Below are positions 42,816-53,054 of a stretch of 64,000 nt of DNA, piece by piece. Each line of letters begins with the position of its first letter. Positions within the stretch are counted from its first letter, which is position 1. The position numbers and the translations under genes were made by a program. The stretch is from a bacterium (GTDB lineage: Bacteria > Sysuimicrobiota > Sysuimicrobiia > Sysuimicrobiales > Kaftiobacteriaceae): the NCBI GenBank assembly GCA_035292085.1, contig DATDQT010000051.1:22829-86828 (forward strand), read 5' to 3'. The notes beneath the pieces were generated by a model. That model saw nothing but the letters and a program-made list of their open reading frames with translations, was not told where the DNA came from and did not search any database.

Positions 42816-44537
42816 GTCGGCGACGGCCTCCACGAGCGGTCTGAGCGTGTCCGCATCGAACCTGAACTTCGCCCCGGCGGCGGCGAACAGGTCGGGCAGC
42901 GGCCGTGAGCCGCCCAATGCCAGCGCCTGCCAGTACCGCTCCACCGCGCCCCGGTGGTCGCGCCGGCTGGCGGCCCAGACCTGCAGCGCGCCGGTTTCGG
43001 CGATGCCGTACTCGATGTAGTAGAAGGGCACCGTGTACAGGTGCAGCTGCGCCTGCCATCGGTAAGCCTGGGCCTCGTGCAGGCCGCTCCAGTTTGGCGT
43101 CCCGTTGTGCACCGCCCCGTCAAACCGGTTGTGCACCGTCAACCACGCCGCGACGCGTTCCTCGCGGGTGTGTCCGGGATGGGTGTAGATCCAGTGTTGG
43201 AACGAGTCGATGATCGCAATCCACGGCAGGATCATGACCGCGTCCTCGAGCGTGGTCCGACGCGACCGGATGTACTCCTCCGGATCCTTGTAGAAGACGT
43301 TCAAATGCGGCGCGGCGAGGAGTTCCATCCCCATCGACGCGACCTCGGCGAACTCCAGGGGCGCGTGGCGATAGTAGATGATCGGTTCCTCGCGCGCGGC
43401 CAGCATGTGGAACGCGTGCCCGCCTTCATGCAGCAGCGTCCGGATGTCGTCGTCGCGGCCGACCGCGTTCATGAAAATGAACGGCCAGCGCCGTTCGGCC
43501 AAGGTGCTCTGGTAGCCGCCGGGCGCCTTGCCTTTGCGGCTCTCCAGGTCCAGCAGCTGTTCGTCGGACATGAACTTGAACTGCGCGCCCAGTTCCGGAT
43601 CCACGCGCGTGAAGATCTCCACGGTGCTGTTGACGAGTTCGCCGGCATCGGAGAACGGCCGCAGCGGCGGGCGGCCTTCCGGGTCGACGTTGAGGTCCCA
43701 CGGGCGGAGCAGGTCGACTCCCAGGCGCCGGCGGCGGTCCGCCATGATCCGGCGCACCAGTGGCATCACGGCTTCCTCTACGCCGTCGTGGAAGCGGAAG
43801 CAGTCGTCGGGAGTATAATCGAACCGCCGGCGCCGCTTGAACGCGTAGTCCCGGTAGTTGTCGAACCCGGCATTGGCGGCGATCTGCTGGCGCAGGGCGA
43901 GGAGCTGATCATACTGGTCATCTAACTGCGCCCGGTCGGCCAGGCGCCGGTCGGTGACCAGCTGCCAGACTTCCTCACGGACCGCGCGGTCGGTTTCGTC
44001 GAGGTACTTGGCGGCCTGCTGGAGGGTGAGTTCCTGGTCCCGGTACGTGACCGTCATCGCGCCGGTGACCTTCTGGTACTCCTTGGCCAGCAGGGCCTCC
44101 TGAGTTTCCAACGGCACGTTCTCCTCGCGGAACAACTTCACGTCGTTGTCGATGATGCGATCCATCACGCCGTGGCGGGTCATGTCCAGTTCCGCCCGGG
44201 AAGGACTCTCCAGGTACTTGACCTGCTGCGCGTGCGCCAGCGGTTTGATCTGCGGATCGATGTGCTCGATGAAGTGCTGGTAGGCGGCTTCCCGCGTTTT
44301 GTCGTCGGTCTGCTGGGTCATCGCGATGTACCGCCGGGTGCGTTCCTCCCCGATGACCGACGCCAGTTCGAATGTGTCGGCCAACCACTGCTCGAGGTCC
44401 GCGCGCGAGTTGATCGGGCGATCCAGGAGTTCGCGGTAGAGCGGCTCGATCTGACTCCACTCGCCCATGTCGGCGGTCTGGGGGACGAACCGGCGCGGAA
44501 ATGGGCGCCGTGGATCAACGTGCATCATCTTCTGCAC
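42795..44537 (-). CDS. pepF: Oligoendopeptidase F (M3B family)
   Basis: Zinc motif HEGGHAFH; 580 aa PepF-like. Confidence 0.9.
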   Translation of the reverse strand: MQKMMHVDPRRPFPRRFVPQTADMGEWSQIEPLYRELLDRPINSRADLEQWLADTFELASVIGEERTRRYIAMTQQTDDKTREAAYQHFIEHIDPQIKPLAHAQQVKYLESPSRAELDMTRHGVMDRIIDNDVKLFREENVPLETQEALLAKEYQKVTGAMTVTYRDQELTLQQAAKYLDETDRAVREEVWQLVTDRRLADRAQLDDQYDQLLALRQQIAANAGFDNYRDYAFKRRRRFDYTPDDCFRFHDGVEEAVMPLVRRIMADRRRRLGVDLLRPWDLNVDPEGRPPLRPFSDAGELVNSTVEIFTRVDPELGAQFKFMSDEQLLDLESRKGKAPGGYQSTLAERRWPFIFMNAVGRDDDIRTLLHEGGHAFHMLAAREEPIIYYRHAPLEFAEVASMGMELLAAPHLNVFYKDPEEYIRSRRTTLEDAVMILPWIAIIDSFQHWIYTHPGHTREERVAAWLTVHNRFDGAVHNGTPNWSGLHEAQAYRWQAQLHLYTVPFYYIEYGIAETGALQVWAASRRDHRGAVERYWQALALGGSRPLPDLFAAAGAKFRFDADTLRPLVEAVADELNSLN

Positions 44538-44610
44538 GGGACAACCTCCTGTTAGGCTACCTGTGGAAGGGTTCTAGAATCTTTCGACGGGAAAGGAATT
44601 CCGCCCCTTC

Positions 44611-45906
44611 ATGCGACCGTGGATTCTTCTGCTGGCGGCGTGCGCCCTCAGCCTCTGGCCGGCCACCGGGTGGGCCTCGGCGCCGCCGCGGTGCGCGGGA
44701 TGGTGCGGGGCGCCGCCCCGGCTGGCGCTGTGGATGGAAGCATCTGCGAACCTCCGCGCCCTCAGCACCCGGGAAGGTGTCGCGGCCGTGATGGACCGCG
44801 CCCGCGCCGCCGGTGTCACGACGGTGATGCCGGAAGCGAAGAACGCCTGGGGGTACGTGACCTACCGCAGCGCCTTCGCCCCGCTGATCGGGACGTCACC
44901 CGTCCCGCGCAGCGCCTCGCCATCATACCCGGCACCCCGGACGTGGTATCCGCCGCAGTTTGACCAGCTGCAGGTCATCATCGAGGAAGCGCACCGGCGG
45001 GGACTGGAGGTTCATGCGGCCGTGAACATCTTCGGCGAAGGCCTCACGGCCTTTCGGGTCGGATCGCTGTTCGAGCGGCCGCAGTGGGCGGCGCAGCACC
45101 TCGGTCCGGCCGGGGCGATCCTTCCCTCGACCCGGGTGGCCGAAATCGCGTTCGCGAATCCCGGCCTGCCCGAAGTCCAGCTCTACGAACTCGCCATCAT
45201 CGGCGAGATCGTCCGCACCTACGACATCGACGGCCTCATCCTCGACCGGATCAGGTACCCGGATGTCACCGCGGATTTTTCCGCCGACAGCAAGGCCGCG
45301 TTTGAGCAGTGGCTGGGCCGGCCTGTGACGGCGTGGCCTGACGAAATCCTGCGCATCGATGGAACCCGGCAGATTCGCGGACCGCTGTTCCGCGAGTGGA
45401 TCGCCTGGCGCGCGGCCGTGATACAGCGCTTCATCCGCGCCGCCGAACGGCTGGTCCACGGGGTGAAACCGCACGTCGCGTTCACGGCCTACGTGGGGGG
45501 CTGGTATCCCGCGTACTGGAACGAAGGGACGAATTGGGGAGCCGCCGAGACGGAGGTCAACCTGACGTGGATGAGCCCGCGGTGGCGGCAGGCCGCGGCC
45601 GCCGGGTTCTTCGACTACTTGATGGTGGGCCTCTACTACCCGTACATTGCCCGCTCCGACGCCGTGGCCGCCGGACACGCGATGTGGATGAGCATCGAAG
45701 GCGGAGCGCTGCTCGTGGAGGACGTGGTCGCCGGACAGACCCGGCCCGTCGGCAGTCTCCTGCTCCCGCTGTACGAGGGGGCGCCGGATCAATTCCGCAT
45801 CGCGCTGGAGCGCACGCAGCGCCTGACCGACGGCGCGATGCTGTTTGACCTGGTCTACCTGGATCGCTACGACTGGTGGGCGCTGCTACCCGGCCAGAAT
45901 GAGTGA
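44611..45906 (+). CDS. Secreted glycoside-hydrolase-like family 10 (GHL10/YngK-like) protein
   Basis: Signal peptide, TIM-barrel-like GHL10 motifs (LEVHAAVNIF, DGLILDRIRYP). Confidence 0.65.
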   Translation: MRPWILLLAACALSLWPATGWASAPPRCAGWCGAPPRLALWMEASANLRALSTREGVAAVMDRARAAGVTTVMPEAKNAWGYVTYRSAFAPLIGTSPVPRSASPSYPAPRTWYPPQFDQLQVIIEEAHRRGLEVHAAVNIFGEGLTAFRVGSLFERPQWAAQHLGPAGAILPSTRVAEIAFANPGLPEVQLYELAIIGEIVRTYDIDGLILDRIRYPDVTADFSADSKAAFEQWLGRPVTAWPDEILRIDGTRQIRGPLFREWIAWRAAVIQRFIRAAERLVHGVKPHVAFTAYVGGWYPAYWNEGTNWGAAETEVNLTWMSPRWRQAAAAGFFDYLMVGLYYPYIARSDAVAAGHAMWMSIEGGALLVEDVVAGQTRPVGSLLLPLYEGAPDQFRIALERTQRLTDGAMLFDLVYLDRYDWWALLPGQNE

Positions 45907-46956
45907 GGTGGCCCGCCGCACGGTCTGTTCGGTGCTGACCGACGCGCGGAACGGGGGCAGGGTGGCTCCGCGCGCGAGGGCCGCGCGCAGGTCCAGGCGG
46001 CGCTGGTCGACGGCGAAGGCGGTTCCCCGTGCCTGGTGATAGCGGGCCAGGTACATCTGCTCGGTCTGCCCCGGCGTCGGGATCAGCACCGCCCGGCGCT
46101 GGAGTTCGGCGAGCTCCATGATCGTGGAGTAGCCGGAGCGGCAGAGGACGAGCCTGGCCCGGTTCATCATTTCTTCCTGCGCGGACCGATCCAGGTAGCC
46201 GTAGACGTCGGCGGACCCGACGCGCGTATGCGCGGCCGCGTCGGGTTTTCCCAGAGTGACGACGATCCGTCCCCGGACCGAGGGGAGTTGCTGCAGGATC
46301 AGACGCTCGAGCATGGATCGCTGGGGTTCAGGGCCGGACAGCGTCACGAACAGGTCAAGGTCCTCGCTCACGGCCCGCCGGCGCAGCCGCGAGAGGATGC
46401 CCGCGTAGGTGATGACCCGCTGAGGAAACACCTCGAGACGGTGCGCCAAATCCCCGCTGAGCTGGTCTTCCTGGGTGTCGGGGACGATCACTTGCCGCAG
46501 GTGGCCGAGCCAGCGGTAGTTGACGGTCTCCAGACGGCGTTCGATAAGGTGCACGCGCCCGGGGGCGATGAACCGTAGGCCGTGGACGACGTGGAACGAC
46601 GGCACGTCGGGATGCTGGATGCCGTAGCGGTTGTCGGACACAATGCGATCGAAGCGGCGCGTGCGGAGCAGCTGCGCCGTCCACTGCTGCTCGCGCCGGA
46701 CCACCGCCAGGTAGCGGGGGATCGCGGCGGCCGTCTTCAGGTAGAACCCCCATGCCGTGCGCCCGACGGTGTGGGGGACATCCGGCCAGTCGAGGAACTC
46801 GCAGCGGTCCTGGAGTTCACCGCGCAGGACCGCCAGCGCCCGGCCGGTCGAGACGATCGTGAGACTGGTGTTGGTGTCGAGCAGGCTCGTGATGAGGGGA
46901 AGGCTGCGGGTCGCATGACCCAGTCCCCAAGAGCCCACCGCGTACAGGATGCGCAT
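45886..46956 (-). CDS. Glycosyltransferase (GT1/MGT, MurG-like fold)
   Basis: N-terminal GSWGLGHATR motif and C-terminal nucleotide-sugar-binding region. Confidence 0.7.
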   Translation of the reverse strand: MRILYAVGSWGLGHATRSLPLITSLLDTNTSLTIVSTGRALAVLRGELQDRCEFLDWPDVPHTVGRTAWGFYLKTAAAIPRYLAVVRREQQWTAQLLRTRRFDRIVSDNRYGIQHPDVPSFHVVHGLRFIAPGRVHLIERRLETVNYRWLGHLRQVIVPDTQEDQLSGDLAHRLEVFPQRVITYAGILSRLRRRAVSEDLDLFVTLSGPEPQRSMLERLILQQLPSVRGRIVVTLGKPDAAAHTRVGSADVYGYLDRSAQEEMMNRARLVLCRSGYSTIMELAELQRRAVLIPTPGQTEQMYLARYHQARGTAFAVDQRRLDLRAALARGATLPPFRASVSTEQTVRRATSLILAG

Positions 46957-46984
46957 ATCGGCGCGCGAAGTGGATTAGCCCCAA

Positions 46985-48220
46985 ATGGGTGACATCCTGC
47001 ACTACGCCGTGTCCGGGGCTTTTGGGGCCGGGACACGAATCGCCTTCGCCCTGCATTCGGACGGGCTCGGACACTACCGCCAGGGGCCGTCCACGCTGGT
47101 GGTCGTCAATCACCGGCGGGATTCCGACAGTATCATCGTGCCTCCCCTGCTCATCTTCAACGGGGTCCGGCCGATTCGCCCGATGTGGTTCGCCGGCCGC
47201 GAGGACATGTTCTGCACCGGATTCCTGGGCCTGCAGGCCCCGTTCCCTGACGCGCTGCGCCGTCTGCTGGTCCACACCAATCTCACCCGCGTCCTCCACG
47301 CGCTCCACATTCTGCCGATCCGACGCTTCCCGGAGCGGACACGGCGCGAGGCCGTGGAGGAATTTATTAGCGCGCTCGCCGATCCGCCGGCGGAGCAGGT
47401 CTTGGCACCGCGGGAAGTGGAGGTCCTCGCCGCGTTGGGGCTGCGCGGGGGGAAGGTGTCCGACATCCTGGGCTGGCGGTACCGCCGGTGGTGGTGGGAG
47501 CAAACCTCACTGCGGGTGTTTCTTCCCCAGTGGCGCGATCGCGTGGCCGGCACGCAGCGGGCAGCGGTGGACGGGCAGCTGCGCGCCCTGGCCGCGGTCT
47601 TGGACCGGGGCGATGCGCTCTACGTGGCGCCGGAAGGCGTGCTCTCGTCCGACGGACGGCTGCAGCCGTTCCGGGCCGGCTTCCGCCGGGTGTTGGAACT
47701 CGTCCGCGTTCCGGTGCGGTACCTTCCCGTGGGCATTGTCTACGACTTCATGACGCGGGGGCGGATGCGGGCCTTCGTGGCGGTGGGAGGCGAGACGCCG
47801 GTGATCGCGTCGCCAGCGGTCATTGAGACCGAGGCCCGCCGCGCCGTCGCGGCCCTGCAGACGATGACGGTATCGCAGGTGGCGAGTACGGTGCTGTGGG
47901 AGACCGCCGGACGCGGGGAGGATACGATGGCCGTGGCGGCGTTGGCCGCGGCCGTGTTCGAGCGGGCGGCCGCCCTGCGCGATCGCGGCATCCGGATCGA
48001 TCCGGCGCTGTTCGGCCGCAGCCGGATGGAGCGCATTGCCGGCTACGTCGGGTACTTGACGCGGCGCGGGATCGCGCTGGCAAACGGCGCGGAGATGTTA
48101 GTCGACCTCCCGTACCTGCGGCGCGTGCCGGCGGTGGACCGGCAGAACCCCGTGCGGTATGCGGTCAATGAACTCGAGTCGGTGCTTGCGATCCTCAGCC
48201 CGGCTGCGGAATCCCCATGA
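46985..48220 (+). CDS. Acyltransferase, PlsC/LPLAT family
   Basis: HX4D motif (NHRRDSD) and downstream acyl-acceptor motifs. Confidence 0.65.
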   Translation: MGDILHYAVSGAFGAGTRIAFALHSDGLGHYRQGPSTLVVVNHRRDSDSIIVPPLLIFNGVRPIRPMWFAGREDMFCTGFLGLQAPFPDALRRLLVHTNLTRVLHALHILPIRRFPERTRREAVEEFISALADPPAEQVLAPREVEVLAALGLRGGKVSDILGWRYRRWWWEQTSLRVFLPQWRDRVAGTQRAAVDGQLRALAAVLDRGDALYVAPEGVLSSDGRLQPFRAGFRRVLELVRVPVRYLPVGIVYDFMTRGRMRAFVAVGGETPVIASPAVIETEARRAVAALQTMTVSQVASTVLWETAGRGEDTMAVAALAAAVFERAAALRDRGIRIDPALFGRSRMERIAGYVGYLTRRGIALANGAEMLVDLPYLRRVPAVDRQNPVRYAVNELESVLAILSPAAESP

Positions 48221-48980
48221 CATGAAACCCGCTGTCGACGAAGATGGTATTCCCCGTGACGGCGCGGGCGAGGTCGCTGGCGAGGAAGACGGCCACGTCG
48301 CCGACTTCCTCCTGCGTGATGTTTCTGCGCAGCGGCGCCACCTGTTCGGTGATCTCCTGCAGTTTCGAGATGCCTTTCACGGCGCTGCCGGCGAGAGTCT
48401 TCAGGGGGCCGGCGGAAATCGCGTTGACGCGAATGTGTTGGGGGCCGAGTTCCGACGCGAGATACCGGACCTCCGTTTCCAGGGCAGCTTTGGCCACGGC
48501 CATCACGTTGTACCCTGGGACCACCCGCTCCACGGCATTGTAGGTCAGGGTCAGGATGCTGCCTCCGTGCCGCATCAGGGGGGCGGCCCGCCGCACGGTG
48601 GTGAGCAGCGAATAGGCGCTGATGTCGAGCGTCAGCGCGTAGCCGTCCCGTGACGTCTCGTGCAGCGGTCTGGTGAGGTCCTCACGGTTGGCAAACGCCA
48701 GGCAGTGCACGAGCACGTCGAGGGATTCCCACGTCGCGCCGAGTCCGCCGAACACCGTGTCCAGCTGGTCGTCTTTCGTCACGTCGCAGGGATAGGTCGA
48801 GAACGCGGTGCGGCCCCCAATGGTGTCCAGGAGTTCGTCGAGGTTCTCTTTCAGCCGGTCGCTCTGGTACGTGAACGCCAGGTCGGCGCCCTCGCGGTGG
48901 AAGGCGCTGGCAATCCCCCACGCGATGCTCCGCTTGTTCGCCACCCCCATGATCAGTGCGCGCTTGCCTTGTAGAAGCAC
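48195..48980 (-). CDS. fabI: Enoyl-[acyl-carrier-protein] reductase (NADH) FabI
   Basis: SDR fold with FabI signatures (GVANKRSIAWGIA, YNVMAVAKAALE). Confidence 0.95.
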   Translation of the reverse strand: MLLQGKRALIMGVANKRSIAWGIASAFHREGADLAFTYQSDRLKENLDELLDTIGGRTAFSTYPCDVTKDDQLDTVFGGLGATWESLDVLVHCLAFANREDLTRPLHETSRDGYALTLDISAYSLLTTVRRAAPLMRHGGSILTLTYNAVERVVPGYNVMAVAKAALETEVRYLASELGPQHIRVNAISAGPLKTLAGSAVKGISKLQEITEQVAPLRRNITQEEVGDVAVFLASDLARAVTGNTIFVDSGFHVMGIPQPG

Positions 48981-49011
48981 GATGACTCCTCCCCGCTACG
49001 GAATCACGCTG

Positions 49012-49932
49012 TCATGATCCCGTTTTCTCAATGTAGCGGATCGCGCCGAGCACGCTCTGGTAGATCGGCATGATCACCTCGTAGCGCGCGCTGCTGCCGG
49101 CCCCGTCTGCGGCGTCGATCTCCGCCCTCACGTCCTGTTTGATCCGCGCCGTGATGGCCTCCGGGCTGAGGCCGTTGCCGATCGCGGCGCGCACCTGCTC
49201 CACCAGTTGATCGATGCGCCCTGACAGCTGATCGAGCAGTTCAGGCACCCAGGTCTGCGGCCCGAAGTGCGTCAGGAGCAGCCGCGACGGACGCAGGCCG
49301 CGCATCCTGGTCAACGATGACTTCCATGCCGCGACGTCAAAATCAGGGGGCGGCGTGGGCGCCCGCACGTACCGGGAGTTCGGCAGGGCCACGCCCGCGG
49401 CGTCGCCGGTGAACAGGTCGCCGGACTGCTCATCGAAGAACGCGTGGTGGTGGCGGGCGTGTCCCGGCGTGTCGAAGGCCCGCAGCCGGCGGGCACCCAT
49501 CTGCAGGATTTCCCCGTCGGCGACCGCGTGGACGCGTCCACCCGGAATCGGCAGCGGTTCCCCCAGCAGCCGGTCGAGATCCGCGCCGTACAGCCGCCGG
49601 GCACTGGCGGTCAGGCGCGCCGGGTCCACCAGGTGCGGCGCGCCGATCGGGTGGACATAGATCTGCAGGTTGGGCAGTCGCTCCGCCAGCGCTCCCGCGC
49701 CGCCGGCGTGGTCGAGATGGATGTGGGTCACCGCCGCCGCGCGCAGATCCTGCGGGTCGACGCCGGCGTCCCGCACGCCTGCGAGCACGGCATCCACCGT
49801 CGTCGCCGGACCGGTCTCCACGAGAGCCGGCGGGTCGCCGCGCAGCAGGTACACGGCGATGGCTTCAGGCGTGTGGGTGTAGCCGGTATCGATCAGGACG
49901 AGATCCGGACCGATGGACGCCACGCGGCTCAC
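49012..49932 (-). CDS. MBL-fold metallo-hydrolase
   Basis: HxHxDH motif (THIHLDHAGG). Confidence 0.8.
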   Translation of the reverse strand: MSRVASIGPDLVLIDTGYTHTPEAIAVYLLRGDPPALVETGPATTVDAVLAGVRDAGVDPQDLRAAAVTHIHLDHAGGAGALAERLPNLQIYVHPIGAPHLVDPARLTASARRLYGADLDRLLGEPLPIPGGRVHAVADGEILQMGARRLRAFDTPGHARHHHAFFDEQSGDLFTGDAAGVALPNSRYVRAPTPPPDFDVAAWKSSLTRMRGLRPSRLLLTHFGPQTWVPELLDQLSGRIDQLVEQVRAAIGNGLSPEAITARIKQDVRAEIDAADGAGSSARYEVIMPIYQSVLGAIRYIEKTGS

Positions 49933-49992
49933 TCGACCGCCGCGACCCGTGTGGGATTCAACCCGCCGCGGTGAGAAGGAATGATTCCGGCG

Positions 49993-50196
49993 CTACAGGG
50001 CGCGAACGTTCACGGCCTGGGGCCCCTTTTGCCCCTGGGTCACCTCGAACTCGACCCGCTGTCCTTCATTGAGCGTCTTGAAGCCATCCGATTGGATCGC
50101 TGAGTAGTGGACGAACAGGTCTTTCCCCCCTTCATCGGGGGTGATGAAGCCGTATCCCTTCTCGGGGTTGAACCACTTCACGACTCCGCTTGCCAT
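49993..50196 (-). CDS. csp: Cold-shock protein (CspA family)
   Basis: [37 protein letters not shown]1/RNP2 motifs; 67 aa; the longer upstream ORF extension is rejected. Confidence 0.95.
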   Translation of the reverse strand: MASGVVKWFNPEKGYGFITPDEGGKDLFVHYSAIQSDGFKTLNEGQRVEFEVTQGQKGPQAVNVRAL

Positions 50197-50284
50197 GACC
50201 CTTCCCCCTCCACCGCACAAGTCGTTCAATTGATGCGAGTTCGCAGACCACCGACAGAGTCCTGCCCCGTAGTAGAATGAGCGG

Positions 50285-52219
50285 GTGCCTGTTCTTTCGG
50301 TCGGCGACCTTACGCACACCTACGCGGGCGTGGACATCTTCCGCGCCGTCGCGTTCGCGATCGAACCGCGGGAGAAAGTGGCGCTCATCGGGCGAAACGG
50401 CAGCGGGAAGACCACGCTCCTGCGGCTGCTCGCCGCCCTGGATGAACCCGCCCGCGGGCGCGTCGTGCGAGAGCGCTGGGCCCGTCTGGCATATCTCCCG
50501 CAGGTGCCGGACGCGGCGCCGGACGCGGACGTCCTCAGCCACGTCCTGACCGGAGCCGCCGACGTGCAGGCGATGGAAGCCCGGCTGCGCGAGCTCGAGC
50601 AGCGCATGGCGCGGCCGGATATCCACGAGGATGCCGTCCGCCTGGCCGAGGTGATGTCCGAGTACGCCGGCCTCCACGATCACTTCGAACACGTCGGAGG
50701 ATTCGGCCTGGAAACGGCCGCGCGGTCCGTCCTGACCGGGCTGGGGTTTCGCGACGGAGACTTCGCGACGCCGGTCGGCGAGCTCAGCGGCGGCTGGCGC
50801 GTGCGCGCGGAGCTGGCGCGGGCGCTGCTGACCGAACCCGACATCCTCCTGCTGGACGAGCCCACGAACCATCTCGACCTTGCCGCCACCGAATGGCTGG
50901 AGGCGTACCTCCAGTCCTTTCCCGGCGCGATAATCATCGTCAGCCACGATCGGTACCTGCTGGATGCCGTGACTTCCCGGACCCTCGAGCTCGATGATGG
51001 TGCACTCACGGCGTATCCAGGATCGTACTCGGCGTATGCAGCGTTGAAAGCCGAGCGGGTGCGCCGCCAGACCGAGCTCTATGAACGCAAGCAGGAGGAG
51101 ATCGCCAGGCTTCAGGACTACATCCGGCGATACAAGGCCGGCAATCGCGCCGCCCAGGCCAAGAGCCGCGAGAAGATGCTGGCCAGAGTCCACACGCGGA
51201 CTACCGTACCGCCGCGCCGGCGTGGCGCGATGCGCGTGCGCGCCGACACGCAGCGGACGTCAGGCCGCCTGGTCGCCCGGCTTGTGGATGTTGGCCAGCG
51301 GTACGGCGAGCAGGTGGTGCTGTCCGGGATCTCCCTGGAGGTGCATCGCGGCGACCGCATCGGACTCCTCGGCGCCAACGGTGCCGGCAAGACGACGCTG
51401 CTCCGGATCATCGCCGGCACCGACGAGCCGGCCGGGGGCCGGGTGACACTCGGCGTCGGTGTGGAGCCACGGTACTTCGCGCAAGAGGCCACCGAAGCCC
51501 TCAACCCGGAACGGTCCGTCCTCGACGAAATCCTGGAGGACCGGCCGATGCTCCCGGAAGACGTGCGGACGTATCTGGGACGCTTCCTCTTCACCGGAGA
51601 AGATGTCTACAAGCGGGTGGGGATGCTGTCCGGCGGGGAGCGCCAGCGGCTGAACCTGGCGAAGCTGCTGCTGGACCGGCCGAACTTCCTCTTGCTGGAT
51701 GAGCCGACGAATCACCTGGACATCCCGTCGCGCGAAGCGCTGGAACAGGCCCTGGCGGACTTCCCCGGCACGATCATCCTGGCGACCCACGACCGCTACC
51801 TCCTCGAGCGGATTGCCACACGCATCCTGACGATCGACAGGGCGCGGCTCAGCGATTTCCGCGGTACGTACCGTGAGATGCGCTGGCGTGCCGTGAGCGC
51901 GGAGGCAGGAAGTGGTGCGCGGCGTGCCGTGAACCCGAGCGCAGCGAGCGGGTCCCGGCGGGCTCCACGGGCAGCCCCGCAATCGGGTTCCCGCCCTGCG
52001 GGACGTGCGGTGGCGGCGCCGACCTTTGATGAGGTCGCAGCGCGCATCGCCGCGGCGGAGCATGAGCTCGAGGAGGCGGGCCGGCCGCTGTCCGACCCGG
52101 AGACCTATCGGGATGCCGACCGCATCAAACTGCTGCGCTCGCAGTACGACGACGCCTCAGAACGACTTGAGGAGTTGTATGCACTGCTGGAGACGGTGAA
52201 CGAGTCTCCTTCGCCCTAG
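50285..52219 (+). CDS. ABC-F family ATPase (tandem ABC domains, no TMD; translation-factor type)
   Basis: Two Walker A motifs ([18 protein letters not shown]), two LSGG signatures, interdomain linker and C-terminal coiled-coil. Confidence 0.9.
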   Translation: MPVLSVGDLTHTYAGVDIFRAVAFAIEPREKVALIGRNGSGKTTLLRLLAALDEPARGRVVRERWARLAYLPQVPDAAPDADVLSHVLTGAADVQAMEARLRELEQRMARPDIHEDAVRLAEVMSEYAGLHDHFEHVGGFGLETAARSVLTGLGFRDGDFATPVGELSGGWRVRAELARALLTEPDILLLDEPTNHLDLAATEWLEAYLQSFPGAIIIVSHDRYLLDAVTSRTLELDDGALTAYPGSYSAYAALKAERVRRQTELYERKQEEIARLQDYIRRYKAGNRAAQAKSREKMLARVHTRTTVPPRRRGAMRVRADTQRTSGRLVARLVDVGQRYGEQVVLSGISLEVHRGDRIGLLGANGAGKTTLLRIIAGTDEPAGGRVTLGVGVEPRYFAQEATEALNPERSVLDEILEDRPMLPEDVRTYLGRFLFTGEDVYKRVGMLSGGERQRLNLAKLLLDRPNFLLLDEPTNHLDIPSREALEQALADFPGTIILATHDRYLLERIATRILTIDRARLSDFRGTYREMRWRAVSAEAGSGARRAVNPSAASGSRRAPRAAPQSGSRPAGRAVAAPTFDEVAARIAAAEHELEEAGRPLSDPETYRDADRIKLLRSQYDDASERLEELYALLETVNESPSP

Positions 52220-52314
52220 TGCCGTACCAACTCGATTTGCCACATGTGCCTTTCCTCAGTACCTTGAGAATCGCGAGGAAGATAGGCCCACATATCGAGT
52301 TGGTACGGCACTAG
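52216..52314. repeat. Long hairpin / MITE-like element with 21-bp perfect terminal inverted repeats CTAGTGCCGTACCAACTCGAT
   Basis: Left arm 52216-52236 and right arm 52294-52314 are exact reverse complements; the inner 57 nt are lower GC and partly self-complementary; arms contain the TAG stops of both convergent genes. Confidence 0.7.
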
Positions 52315-52955
52315 ATCACCCGCCGGATCCAGCCGGTGATTGCCGCGGCGATCTCGCTCAGCACATCCTCCGGGCCGCGGCGCGGGATCTTCATGCTGTG
52401 GTCGGCTCCCTCGACAGAATGCAGCGTGGCCGCCGGCAGTTTGCCCAGGACGCTCGACAGCAGCTCGGGCCTGGCAAACGCGTCACGGGTACCCTGGATG
52501 AACAGCATCGGGACGCGGATCGCATACAGGTGGCGGTCGCGAAGGCGCTGCGGCTGTCCCGGTGGATGCAGCGGGTAACTGAGGAACACGAGCCCCCGGC
52601 ACCGGTACCCGGTCTCGGCAAGGTGCGACGCGATCCGTCCACCCATTGACCGCCCTCCGAGAAACAGCGCGGATGCCAGCGGGCGCACCGCGTCGGCCAC
52701 GGCCCGGTAACACGTCTCGAGCGTGGCCTGCCGGTCCGGGACGCGCCGCCGGGCCTCCGCGTAGGGGAAATTGAATCGGACGACGCCGACGCCGGCGTCG
52801 GCGAGGGCGTCTCCGAGTTGGGGGAGTCCGGCCGCGTGCATGTTCCCGCCCGCCCCGTGGGCGAGGATCAGGTAGGTATGACCCCGCGCGGCATGGTGCC
52901 AGGCGGTTGAGACCTCACCGCCCGACCAGGCGATGGATTCCTGATCTGTCTCCAT
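52311..52955 (-). CDS. Alpha/beta-hydrolase (dienelactone-hydrolase/KANL3-like)
   Basis: GRSMGG nucleophile elbow, Asp and His downstream; ATG at 52955; the longer upstream ORF is rejected. Confidence 0.75.
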   Translation of the reverse strand: METDQESIAWSGGEVSTAWHHAARGHTYLILAHGAGGNMHAAGLPQLGDALADAGVGVVRFNFPYAEARRRVPDRQATLETCYRAVADAVRPLASALFLGGRSMGGRIASHLAETGYRCRGLVFLSYPLHPPGQPQRLRDRHLYAIRVPMLFIQGTRDAFARPELLSSVLGKLPAATLHSVEGADHSMKIPRRGPEDVLSEIAAAITGWIRRVI

Positions 52956-53054
52956 CAGACGCCGCCACCTTCTGTCCGGTGGGTGCGCTTCCTGCAGCAG
53001 GGACTTCGTCGGCAGACACGAAGCGCGGATAGGCCTCGATGGGGAGGTGTGCCG

